A stretch of 64,000 nt of DNA from the IMG/VR virus record IMGVR_UViG_2811995041_000003, positions 1,923 through 65,922 of that record. The stretch is one strand, 5' to 3'. Shown here one piece after another: positions 9,311 to 17,951 of this stretch (within the stretch, counting starts at the first letter, position 1; every line of letters begins with the position of its first letter). Made by a program: the position numbers and the translations under genes. Origin of the DNA: a virus. The notes under the pieces are model-generated. The model was not told the DNA's origin. It ran no database searches and saw nothing but the letters and a program-made list of their open reading frames with translations.

Positions 9311-10090
9311 ATGAGTCAATTTCAAAAAGGCGCGGCGGCGCTCAACGCTTTAAACTCAACGAACGAAGGCGGAAGCGGAAACGGGATGGAATTTACGAGT
9401 TTTAAGTCGGGATCTTCCTTTAAGGTTCGTGTACTCGGTACCGAAGACCTTATTCGTTTCTACAGCTACGGTATCTACAAGAAAGTAAACTCGTTCGTTG
9501 CGCAGAATCCTAGCAAAATGAACGATAAAGGCTTTCCGGTTGCGGATTATACACCGTGGGATCTCGCTTGGAAGTATTATCAGGATTTAAAGAAGGCGGC
9601 TGCGGATAAGGGCGACTCAAAAGCGGAAGAGAAGTACAAGGAAGAAGCCGCCAAGTATCGCGTCAAAGAACGTTATGCACTCGGATTCATCGACTTAGAA
9701 ACCGGTAATCCAATCATCATCGACCTTTCGAAAAAGCAAGCGCAGGCCGTTTACGCAGTTATCACGAAGTTCGAAAAGAAACTCGGAAAGGTTGCGTTTG
9801 AGCTTTCGAAAACGGGTTCCGGAACATCAACGACGGTCAGCTTAACGCCGTTTATCGATATGGAAGAGGATCTAACGGATAAGGAACGCGAGAACTTCAA
9901 TAAATACGACGGCAAAGAATTCGATATGTCTTTGTTCGACGGCCTCCTTTTCGAAGCCGACGAGAAGACGCAGATTGAGAACCTAGTCGCAGCAGGATTC
10001 GATATCAGCCTTATCGGATTATCGCTTGGAGCCGGGTCGGATAACGAAAAATCTAACGAAGAAATCGACGAAAGTGAGCTTCCATTTTGA
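9311..10090 (+). CDS. Probable single-stranded DNA-binding protein (gp32-like)
   Basis: Replication context; 'FELSKTGSGTSTT'; acidic tail ending ELPF. Confidence 0.6.
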   Translation: MSQFQKGAAALNALNSTNEGGSGNGMEFTSFKSGSSFKVRVLGTEDLIRFYSYGIYKKVNSFVAQNPSKMNDKGFPVADYTPWDLAWKYYQDLKKAAADKGDSKAEEKYKEEAAKYRVKERYALGFIDLETGNPIIIDLSKKQAQAVYAVITKFEKKLGKVAFELSKTGSGTSTTVSLTPFIDMEEDLTDKERENFNKYDGKEFDMSLFDGLLFEADEKTQIENLVAAGFDISLIGLSLGAGSDNEKSNEEIDESELPF

Positions 10091-10671
10091 GCAGAGTTCG
10101 TTGGACGGATGATCTTGTCGAGGCAGCTATCAAAGACAGTATGAGAGTTCTTGGTATCGATAGGATGCCTACAGCTCCTGAGTTACAAGCTATTGGAAAG
10201 AACAGCCTTCACGTACGGATATCAAGAACTTTGAAATACAGTGGGTGGGCGCAACGTTTGGGCCTTCAAATGAAGAGCGATGGTGAGACGCGAAAGGGAG
10301 ATCGGTATGAGGCGTACATTAAGAATTTACTCAAAGAGAAAGGGTACGACGTACAAGACATGTCCACGAGACATCCTTACGATCTCATGGTCGATGGTAG
10401 TGTCAAAATTGATGTCAAGTCATGTTCAGCCCACCATCATTTCCCGTCCAGAGCGCACACATTCCCACTTTCGAAAAAGCATGCAACTTGCGACTTGTAT
10501 ATATGTGTAGCGCTGACCGAAGAGGACGAGGTGGAAAATATCTTTATTATACCTTCGCACTTAGTTGAAGCAGTAACTCTTAATATGGGAAGAAACAGTA
10601 AATACAATAAGTTCATTGACCGATGGGACTACATCAAGACCTACGCTGAGTTTTACGCATCAATAGCATAA
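10087..10671 (+). CDS. Putative free-standing PD-(D/E)XK homing-type endonuclease
   Basis: N-terminal 'WTDD...RMPTAPEL...GWAQRLGL' helical module; 'YDLMVDGSVKIDVKS' catalytic motif. Confidence 0.55.
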   Translation: MSRVRWTDDLVEAAIKDSMRVLGIDRMPTAPELQAIGKNSLHVRISRTLKYSGWAQRLGLQMKSDGETRKGDRYEAYIKNLLKEKGYDVQDMSTRHPYDLMVDGSVKIDVKSCSAHHHFPSRAHTFPLSKKHATCDLYICVALTEEDEVENIFIIPSHLVEAVTLNMGRNSKYNKFIDRWDYIKTYAEFYASIA

Positions 10672-10685
10672 AGGAGGCCGATTGA

Positions 10686-11117
10686 ATGGCGCATCAAACC
10701 GAAATTATCGGCAAATATTCCGAACTGATCGCCCGCGCAGCTTTATTGGCTAGCGGGTGGCAGGCGGTATCAAAAGCGGAGACGGAAGAATCCTTCGATA
10801 TCAGCGCAAGAGATCCGGGCACTGGCGAATGGAAGACGTTTCAGGTTAAGACGATTCGTGATCGTCGGGAAGACCGCGGCTATTTAACGGTAGAAGGGCG
10901 CAAAGGAGACGGTCAGCCTTATACGACGGACGACGTCGACTTCTTCATCGGCGTGCTGATCGGTGAGGGAAAATTCCCTCGCGTTTGGATGTTCGATAAT
11001 CGCGGCATTACCGACTATTGGGGGCCGTCAGTAAAGGAAGGCAAGCGCTGGGTCGAAATGGATCTGAATTTCATGCGGGAAGATTTTGCGGAAAATAACA
11101 AAGCGGAGGCGGTTTGA
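10686..11117 (+). CDS. PD-(D/E)XK-family endonuclease
   Basis: 'GKYSELIA...FDISARD...FQVKT...YTTDDVDFF'. Confidence 0.6.
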   Translation: MAHQTEIIGKYSELIARAALLASGWQAVSKAETEESFDISARDPGTGEWKTFQVKTIRDRREDRGYLTVEGRKGDGQPYTTDDVDFFIGVLIGEGKFPRVWMFDNRGITDYWGPSVKEGKRWVEMDLNFMREDFAENNKAEAV

Positions 11118-11157
11118 CCTTACCGGGTCGGACGGTCAATAAAAGGAGGACGATTCG

Positions 11158-12201
11158 ATGGCGAAATTAGACTGCGTTAAGACTCTCGATATGGTGAACG
11201 GGGAAATTACGAAGGTTGCGTATGACGGTGCGGAGTATGAGCGCGTGGAAGGCCCCGCGCAAACGGGCGATTTAGTTTTACCCATTACAGATGGATTTCG
11301 CGATGCAACTAAGGGTAGTTTTTACAAAGCTATTGATGTTGATCGTGATGGGGACGCTGTAATTCTCGATGATGTTGGCGATAGAGATGGTTCGTTTAGG
11401 CATAACTACGACCTATTCCGCAAAGTCTCCGCGTCCCATCCGTCACTAGAAGATCGCGTCAGCACGAACGAAAAGGATATCGCGGCATTAAAATCCGACG
11501 TCGCTGCGCTAAAAGGCGAAGATGAACCGAAGTACATCCGGATTGACAAAAGCGAAGCGAAGGCGGGCGATTACGTTAAGTTTATCGAGACTTACGATGA
11601 CGATATTACAACGGAAAAGATGTACGAAATTGACCAGGTCGATTGGCTAGGAGATATCTATTTTACTGACGATGTCGGTGACGAAAACTATGCCTCAGCG
11701 GATGAGACTTACGCAGTCTATCGCAAAGTAAGCGCCGCAAGCGCTGAGGCCGAGCCGAAGCCTGAGCGGTTGAAAGTCGGTGATTATGCGAAGGTGGTCC
11801 GTGAGGAATTCGGCCACCTATTTGATACCGATGACATAATCGAGTTAATTGAGGCGGGAAACAACCCGAATTTTAAAGCGCGACGTCTCTCAGACGGAGA
11901 AGTTTGGTTCGTCGATGCGTCGGAACTCGTCCGCGCCACTGACGAAGAAGTTGCCGAAGCAAAACGCGCAGCCGCCGAGCGTAAGAAATGGGCCGCAATC
12001 GGACGCGAGGTTGACGAGTATAAGAGAGGCGATATGGTTCGGTATTTAGATGATCGGGAAATTTGCGAGGTTGTGGCTGTCGGCGAGGACGGTCGCGTAA
12101 AAGTCGCTACTCAGAACCACGGAAATTGCACAGAAAACCAGTCAAGCATCGAACTAATCGCGCCAGTCGAAGCGCGTTTCGATCGAAAGGGCGTCGAGTA
12201 A
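11158..12201 (+). CDS. Hypothetical protein with tandem SH3/KOW-like repeats
   Basis: Repeated 'KAGDYVK', 'KVGDYAKVV', 'KRGDMVRY' units. Confidence 0.65.
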   Translation: MAKLDCVKTLDMVNGEITKVAYDGAEYERVEGPAQTGDLVLPITDGFRDATKGSFYKAIDVDRDGDAVILDDVGDRDGSFRHNYDLFRKVSASHPSLEDRVSTNEKDIAALKSDVAALKGEDEPKYIRIDKSEAKAGDYVKFIETYDDDITTEKMYEIDQVDWLGDIYFTDDVGDENYASADETYAVYRKVSAASAEAEPKPERLKVGDYAKVVREEFGHLFDTDDIIELIEAGNNPNFKARRLSDGEVWFVDASELVRATDEEVAEAKRAAAERKKWAAIGREVDEYKRGDMVRYLDDREICEVVAVGEDGRVKVATQNHGNCTENQSSIELIAPVEARFDRKGVE

Positions 12202-12381
12202 GTGGACGCAAAACCTGCCGCCATCTGCGCCGCCTGTAACCGGGCAATCAACGAAGGGCAATCCGTGACATACGATTTGCTCTTCGACCGGTACTTTTGC
12301 GACAACGCTTGCTGGTCGGATTGGTATGCGGATAATGAGGCGGAATACAAACGGAAATGGACGGAGGAGGTCGATTTATGA
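12202..12381 (+). CDS. Small zinc-finger-like protein (59 aa)
   Basis: GTG start; CAAC...FCDNAC; read by hand. Confidence 0.6.
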   Translation: MDAKPAAICAACNRAINEGQSVTYDLLFDRYFCDNACWSDWYADNEAEYKRKWTEEVDL

Positions 12382-12542
12382 GCCAGAAGACAGAGCGTAT
12401 ATTATCGTACGTATTGGGCGTGGGGTTGGCGTTCTCAGCGGGATTGAACATTGATAAAGAGACGTTAATCACGCTTCCTATTGCGGCATTAGCGATTATT
12501 TTGTTCGGCATCGTGGTCGCGGTAGACAAAGACGAAAAGTAG
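12378..12542 (+). CDS. Small two-TM membrane protein
   Basis: GGAGGAGG RBS; two hydrophobic stretches. Confidence 0.6.
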   Translation: MSQKTERILSYVLGVGLAFSAGLNIDKETLITLPIAALAIILFGIVVAVDKDEK

Positions 12543-12575
12543 TCCGAACCCATCACGCGAGAAAGGAGGATGCGA

Positions 12576-14873
12576 ATGGAACTCGGAAATCTGCAGTTGA
12601 ATCTTAGCGCTTTGACACCTAAAAATGACGAAGTTAAAAACGAAAAAGTTGCCGAAACAGCCAAGCGGAAAAAGAAGGCGAAAACGGCCGAACCGATCGA
12701 GGAAAGCTGGCGCCGCATATTCGCAAGCAAGCTATCGGAAACTGACCGCCAACGATTAAACGAAGTCAAGGCGGCAATGGACGCGGGCAAGCTCGCTAGG
12801 AATCCGTCTGACTGCGTGAACAAGGCCGGAAACCCGAAGGCGTTCAGCAAGGCGGAGGCCATGCGATTATGGAAGACGCTACAGGAACAGCAGCGCGAGG
12901 AAACCTTACGGAAGATGGTCGAGAATACGCCGGAAAACTACGAGTTAATTACGACTGAAGCCCGATTCCAGGCGCTAGTAGATGCTCTAAGTAACGAAGA
13001 AATAATCGCAGTTGATACCGAAACGACAGGCGTTGATGTTTATACGGATGTTATCGTCGGGCTGTCGATCACGCTTCCCAACGCTGACTGGCACGTTTAT
13101 ATCCCGGTTGATCACGTCGATTGCGAGCAACTAAGTCGCGAATATGTACTCGAAGGTCTGGCGCCTGTATTTAACGATGAGTCGATCGGAAAAGTCCTAC
13201 ACAACGCGATATTCGATATTGCGATGGTTCGCCGACACGGATTCGATCTAAAAGGCGTGGCTTGGGATACGATGACTGCGATGCACATGCTAAATGAAAA
13301 CGAAGGTGATCGAACGTTGGGCGGTGCCGGCTCGTTTAAATTAAAAGACTTGGCGCCCAAATATTTAAAAACGCCGGCGGATACCTTCGACGCTTTGTTC
13401 GGTAGGAATGCGCAATTTAGAGAAGTTCCGTTAGATATCGCGCTAGTTTACGCAGCGAAGGATACGGAATTAACGTGGAAGCTGTACGAATTTCAACGTC
13501 ATCACATGGAGAAAATGCCTACGATTTTGGAGTATTACCAAACCGTTGAAATTCCGTTGCTATATGTAATTGTCGACTTAGAGGCTAACGGATATATCAT
13601 CGACTTGGATTTCGCAAAGGAATACGGAGAAAAGCTGCATAAGCGTGCGGAAGAGTTGCGAAAGGAATTAATTTCGGAGTTAACGCCATTCCATGAAGGC
13701 GACGGTCCGTTAAATTTAAACTCGACCCAGCAGATGCGCCCTGCACTTTCGAAGGCGATCGGCAAAGATCTTCCGAACATGGACGCAAAGAAAACATTAA
13801 AGCCGTTAAAAGACAACTACGAGATAGTCGCGAAACTCCTTGAGTATAAGAATATCGTTAAGCTAAGTGGGACATACATTGATACGCTGCCTACAAAGCA
13901 GAATCCGACAACTAAACGGTGGCATTCAAGATTCAATCCGATGGGAACCGTTACAGGGCGATTTAGTTCCGGTAAGGGCGAAGAAGATACAACGGAACAA
14001 GGGTTCAACGTACAAAACCAACCGCAAGAAGCACGACCTATGTTCGGTTCTCCTCCTGGAAAGGTGTTAGTGGGCGCTGACTTTAAAGCACAGGAAATCC
14101 GTTGTGTTGCGTACTTATCGGGAGAACCTGTACTAATTGATGCGTTTTTGAAGAATCTTGATCCATACGCAACGATGGCCTCAAACTTTTACAAACGTCC
14201 ATATGTAGAAGTTTACAAGAATCCGGACGGGTCAGATACAAAAGCGCGCAAAGATATGAAGGTCGCTTGGTTGGCAACTCTTTATGGCATGAGTGATTAC
14301 TCTCTTGCGGGCATGCTTGGCACGTCAAAGAAAAAAGCTACAGAATTTAAGAACGATTTATTCGGAAGTATGCCGAAGTTGTCTGCGTGGCTCAAAGAGA
14401 ACGAAGAATTTGTGCGGAAGAACGGGTATGTTTGGGCCGACCTAAAGGCGAGAAAACGCCGGCTGCCAGACGCGAAATTACCACGCAAAAACATTCCGTA
14501 CGGAAAATGGAATGATCCGAAATATGAGGACGCAAGGAAACATAACTCACGAATTAATCGCGCTTTGAGGCAGGCGACCAATGCTCGCGTACAAGGATCG
14601 TCGTCTATACAAACGAAGGTCACGATGATTAAGGCTCATGAATATTGCGCTAACAAACCGGGCTGGGCGCTGTGGTCAACGGTGCATGACGAACTAATTT
14701 TCGAAGTTCCGGAAGATTTTACGTGGGAAGAAGCGCAAGACATTCGCGATATCATGCTTAATTCTTACCGATGGGGAGACGTTGTGCCTAACGGAACAGA
14801 CATCGAAGTAATGCGAAGATGGGGCGAAGGAGTTCCCGTGGAAGAGTGGTTTAAAACGAAGGGAGACGATTAA
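12576..14873 (+). CDS. polA: Family A DNA polymerase with 3'-5' exonuclease
   Basis: ExoI DTETTG; 'TVTGRFSS'; motif A 'ADFKAQEIR'; motif B 'K...LYGM'; motif C 'VHDEL'. Confidence 0.93.
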   Translation: MELGNLQLNLSALTPKNDEVKNEKVAETAKRKKKAKTAEPIEESWRRIFASKLSETDRQRLNEVKAAMDAGKLARNPSDCVNKAGNPKAFSKAEAMRLWKTLQEQQREETLRKMVENTPENYELITTEARFQALVDALSNEEIIAVDTETTGVDVYTDVIVGLSITLPNADWHVYIPVDHVDCEQLSREYVLEGLAPVFNDESIGKVLHNAIFDIAMVRRHGFDLKGVAWDTMTAMHMLNENEGDRTLGGAGSFKLKDLAPKYLKTPADTFDALFGRNAQFREVPLDIALVYAAKDTELTWKLYEFQRHHMEKMPTILEYYQTVEIPLLYVIVDLEANGYIIDLDFAKEYGEKLHKRAEELRKELISELTPFHEGDGPLNLNSTQQMRPALSKAIGKDLPNMDAKKTLKPLKDNYEIVAKLLEYKNIVKLSGTYIDTLPTKQNPTTKRWHSRFNPMGTVTGRFSSGKGEEDTTEQGFNVQNQPQEARPMFGSPPGKVLVGADFKAQEIRCVAYLSGEPVLIDAFLKNLDPYATMASNFYKRPYVEVYKNPDGSDTKARKDMKVAWLATLYGMSDYSLAGMLGTSKKKATEFKNDLFGSMPKLSAWLKENEEFVRKNGYVWADLKARKRRLPDAKLPRKNIPYGKWNDPKYEDARKHNSRINRALRQATNARVQGSSSIQTKVTMIKAHEYCANKPGWALWSTVHDELIFEVPEDFTWEEAQDIRDIMLNSYRWGDVVPNGTDIEVMRRWGEGVPVEEWFKTKGDD

Positions 14874-15917
14874 TTGACGAATATAAACGGAAGATCAGCC
14901 GCAAATTCACTGCGGGCACACATAAAAGAACCGACCACATACGCGCAGCAGATTGCGGACGAATTGGTCGAATATCTAAACGAATGGCACTCGCTGCCGG
15001 AGACGTGGGATAACGCCCTGGACGCGCAGATTCATAAATGGTACGCCAACGCTCCGAAAGTATTTCCGAAGAAACCGTATTTCTCACCGTCATCTGCTAA
15101 CGCTTGCCCACGCGAGCTTTACCACAAGGCGATCGGATCTCCGAGGGACGAAACGAAGAAGCCTCCGTACCAAGGACGGTGGACTCGAATCGGTACAGCG
15201 ATCGGGGACGTAATCCAGCGCGACATTCTCTTTATGGAAAAACACTTCGAGAAGAAGACCGGCCGCCCCTGTCCGTTTAGCTTCGAAAAGAACGAAGACG
15301 GCACGCCAATGTTCGAGGATTTCGCGAAAAAGAATCATCCGGTCACACATCGTGGCTACTCGTTCAATCTGTACGGAACTTGCGACGGCATCATGCGGTA
15401 TGTAACGGAAGACGGCGAAGTGCTGCGCGTCGGCCTCGAAATTAAGTCGAAGCAGACGACCGCCGCAAAGACGTCCCTCCATTCGATGCGTCAGCCGGAA
15501 GAAAAGCACGTCAAGCAATGTGTCGCCTACGGCCCGATGTACGGCGTCGACCTATACGTCATCCTTTATGTGAACGCGGCTAAGAAATCGTGGGTGTATC
15601 CGGAAGGAGAATTCGAAAAGTCGCCGGATATGCGGGCGTTCGGCATCGAAATTACGGAGGAAGACGTCGAGCAGCTATTCGATAGATTCGTAGAGATCCG
15701 AAAATCTGTCGAAGAGGGAACGCCTTTACCGTTGGATCTGAACGGCTGGACGTTTAACGGATACAAGACGGCTATTGCGAAGTCGCTGACGGACGAAGAA
15801 CTGTCGGAGCTTCGTGCAAAAGTGTCGCAGGTACGGAGATCGAACGTATACGAATCTACGAAACGGCAGTACGTTGAGGCGCTCGAATTTATCGAAAGAG
15901 TGCGGGCAGATGAGTAG
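14874..15917 (+). CDS. Cas4-like / PD-(D/E)XK exonuclease
   Basis: 'SPSSANACPR', 'GTAIGD', 'GTCDG...LEIKS', 'Q...Y'. Confidence 0.7.
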   Translation: MTNINGRSAANSLRAHIKEPTTYAQQIADELVEYLNEWHSLPETWDNALDAQIHKWYANAPKVFPKKPYFSPSSANACPRELYHKAIGSPRDETKKPPYQGRWTRIGTAIGDVIQRDILFMEKHFEKKTGRPCPFSFEKNEDGTPMFEDFAKKNHPVTHRGYSFNLYGTCDGIMRYVTEDGEVLRVGLEIKSKQTTAAKTSLHSMRQPEEKHVKQCVAYGPMYGVDLYVILYVNAAKKSWVYPEGEFEKSPDMRAFGIEITEEDVEQLFDRFVEIRKSVEEGTPLPLDLNGWTFNGYKTAIAKSLTDEELSELRAKVSQVRRSNVYESTKRQYVEALEFIERVRADE

Positions 15918-16428
15918 CGCCAAGCCTATCCGAATCCTCGGCCTTGACCTTTCGTTAACATCGCCAGGATTCGCAATCATCGAAGCAAAGGGCGGAAAAG
16001 CTCGCCTAATAAAATCCGCTCACTTTAAAACGTCCGCATCAACCGATCAGCCATTGCGGTATGAGGAGATCGAAGCATTTACACTGCTATTTGTTCGCGA
16101 TAATCAGCCGTTCGACGTAATCGTGCGGGAGATATGGCCGCCGAGCCGCAACTATGCGCAGAACAATAAGATTCACGGAACATGGTCGTCGGTTGAACGG
16201 GCGCTGCACCGATACGGATACGAAGTCGATGTCCACGTGACGCCGGCCAACGTTAAGAAGACGGTCACAGGAAACGGAAACGCAAAGAAGCCGCAAGTTG
16301 CTGAGAGCGTGCGCGAATGGCTCGGACTTCCTGGCGACCACAAATTCGCAACGGATGATCATAGCGATGCCTGTGCGGTGGCGCTGACGTATCTGATTCG
16401 CGAGAAGATTATTAAACCGAAGGAGTGA
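15910..16428 (+). CDS. RuvC-like Holliday junction resolvase
   Basis: 'ILGLDLSLTSPG', 'VKKTVTGNGNAKK', 'DDHSDACAVA'. Confidence 0.85.
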   Translation: MSSAKPIRILGLDLSLTSPGFAIIEAKGGKARLIKSAHFKTSASTDQPLRYEEIEAFTLLFVRDNQPFDVIVREIWPPSRNYAQNNKIHGTWSSVERALHRYGYEVDVHVTPANVKKTVTGNGNAKKPQVAESVREWLGLPGDHKFATDDHSDACAVALTYLIREKIIKPKE

Positions 16429-16433
16429 TTCGA

Positions 16434-16799
16434 ATGGATAAAGCGATGGAGTATATCGATAAGCTGGCGGCAAAGCTCGGAGTCGCAGCCGAACATGTTT
16501 ACGGAGTTCTCGTAAAGCAGGCATTCGCAACCGGTGTGACTGATTCGATTATCGGGTTCGTTTTTCTAATGATCGCAGTTATTGCGGGAGTCATAATTAC
16601 GAAGATGACTATAAAGATGTATGGGGAGCGGCATTGTAATTGGGATTACGAATGGTTTTTCGTGGCTCTTACTTTCGGTCTGTCAGTGGTTCTTCCGGGA
16701 GGGTTCGGTATTTACGCGATCACCGAAGGAATCAAAGGACTAATCAATCCGGAATACTACGCGATCAAAGAAATCCTCGACACGATCGGAGGGAAGTGA
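16434..16799 (+). CDS. Hypothetical membrane protein
   Basis: Two TM segments; 'INPEYYAIKEIL'. Confidence 0.65.
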   Translation: MDKAMEYIDKLAAKLGVAAEHVYGVLVKQAFATGVTDSIIGFVFLMIAVIAGVIITKMTIKMYGERHCNWDYEWFFVALTFGLSVVLPGGFGIYAITEGIKGLINPEYYAIKEILDTIGGK

Positions 16800-16803
16800 T
16801 CGA

Positions 16804-17061
16804 ATGTTTAAGCAGCGACTTATCGAAGCGTTAGCGATCGTTGCAATAATCATTCTGAGTGTCACGGGAGGAGTTATCGGGTATTTAGCCACTAATTTTC
16901 TGCTCGCGATTCCGGTTATTGGTGCGATTGTTTGGGTCGTTTTAAGTATCGTAGCAGTTTTCATAGTAGCGCTAATTATCTGCGGCAGTGCTGTCCGTCT
17001 ACACGACGCCTATCGCGAACACAAACGCGTTAAAAAGGACGCAGAGGAGGAAACTCGATGA
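16804..17061 (+). CDS. Hypothetical membrane protein
   Basis: Hydrophobic ORF in the operon. Confidence 0.6.
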   Translation: MFKQRLIEALAIVAIIILSVTGGVIGYLATNFLLAIPVIGAIVWVVLSIVAVFIVALIICGSAVRLHDAYREHKRVKKDAEEETR

Positions 17062-17258
17062 CCTACGAATGCTACGGCGTACCGGCCGCACAGTTACGGC
17101 AGTCCTTGCGATGGCTTGACGAACAACTTATCGATGTTGATTACGTAATTAGTCGGCACGATACGAAGCTGAGCGAATTGAAAAACGAGCGTGACCGGAT
17201 TCTGGCGCGAAAAGACGAAATAGAGGCGGAATTAAAACGAAGGGAGTCGATCGAATGA
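17058..17258 (+). CDS. Hypothetical coiled-coil protein
   Basis: GAGGAGG RBS; ATGA coupling. Confidence 0.6.
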   Translation: MTYECYGVPAAQLRQSLRWLDEQLIDVDYVISRHDTKLSELKNERDRILARKDEIEAELKRRESIE

Positions 17259-17443
17259 CACGCGGAGAAATCGAAAGCAGAATAGCGGAGCTTGAGTCGT
17301 AAATTGATACGTACGAGAACGAGATCGAGTATCTCCGAGACGATATTCGGTACCTCGAAGATGCGATCGAGACGGTGGAGGACGAAATCGACGAACTACA
17401 GTACGAACTATCGAAATTAGAAGACGGAGATGATTCCGAATGA
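17255..17443 (+). pseudogene. Acidic coiled-coil gene with internal TAA at 17300-17302
   Basis: ATGA-coupled at both ends; MTRGEIESRIAELES*IDTYENEIEYLRDDIRY... continues in frame. Confidence 0.6.
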
Positions 17444-17589
17444 CATACGTTGCGATAGCGTGCTTACTTTTCTTTATGTGGATTGGGTTAACGGTCGAAG
17501 CGAAAACCACGAGAGCTAAGCTCGCAAAGGTAGTCGTCCTAATTATGTACGCAATTCCTATCGGAGTGTTGGTGGCGTCGCTATGCTAA
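17440..17589 (+). CDS. Small membrane protein (49 aa)
   Basis: MTYVAIACLLFFMWIGLTVEAK...; coupled to its neighbours. Confidence 0.5.
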   Translation: MTYVAIACLLFFMWIGLTVEAKTTRAKLAKVVVLIMYAIPIGVLVASLC

Positions 17590-17945
17590 TCGCCTATTAC
17601 TCGCTGGCCGGAAACGTCCGCCGATTCGTATCCAAGACCGGCCTGCCTGCGGTCGAAATCAAGTCGGACTTGATGCTGACGGAGCCGTTCGTACTGGTAA
17701 CGGGAACTTACGGCTTCGGACAGGTCGCCAGCACCGTCTGGGAGTTCCTCGCGGACAACGGCGATCTAATGACGGGCGTGGCTGCGTCGGGGAACAAGAA
17801 TTGGGGCGGCAACTTCGCAAAGGCTGCGGACTTGATTGCGGAAGAGTACGGAGTGCCGATCGTCCACAAGTTCGAACTTGCGGGCACGGCGGAGGATGTC
17901 GCTAAAGTTCGCGAGTTTGTGAGCGAATATTTACGGAAAGGGTGA
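17583..17945 (+). CDS. nrdI: Class Ib RNR flavodoxin NrdI
   Basis: 'YYSLAGNVRRF', 'TYGFG', 'SGNKNWG', 'FELAGT'. Confidence 0.93.
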   Translation: MLIAYYSLAGNVRRFVSKTGLPAVEIKSDLMLTEPFVLVTGTYGFGQVASTVWEFLADNGDLMTGVAASGNKNWGGNFAKAADLIAEEYGVPIVHKFELAGTAEDVAKVREFVSEYLRKG

Positions 17946-17951
17946 GAGCTA

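Noticed and set aside
13820..14360. Possible mosaic, AT-richer patch inside the DNA polymerase gene
   Set aside because: Impression only; needs a sliding GC3 calculation or alignment to relatives.
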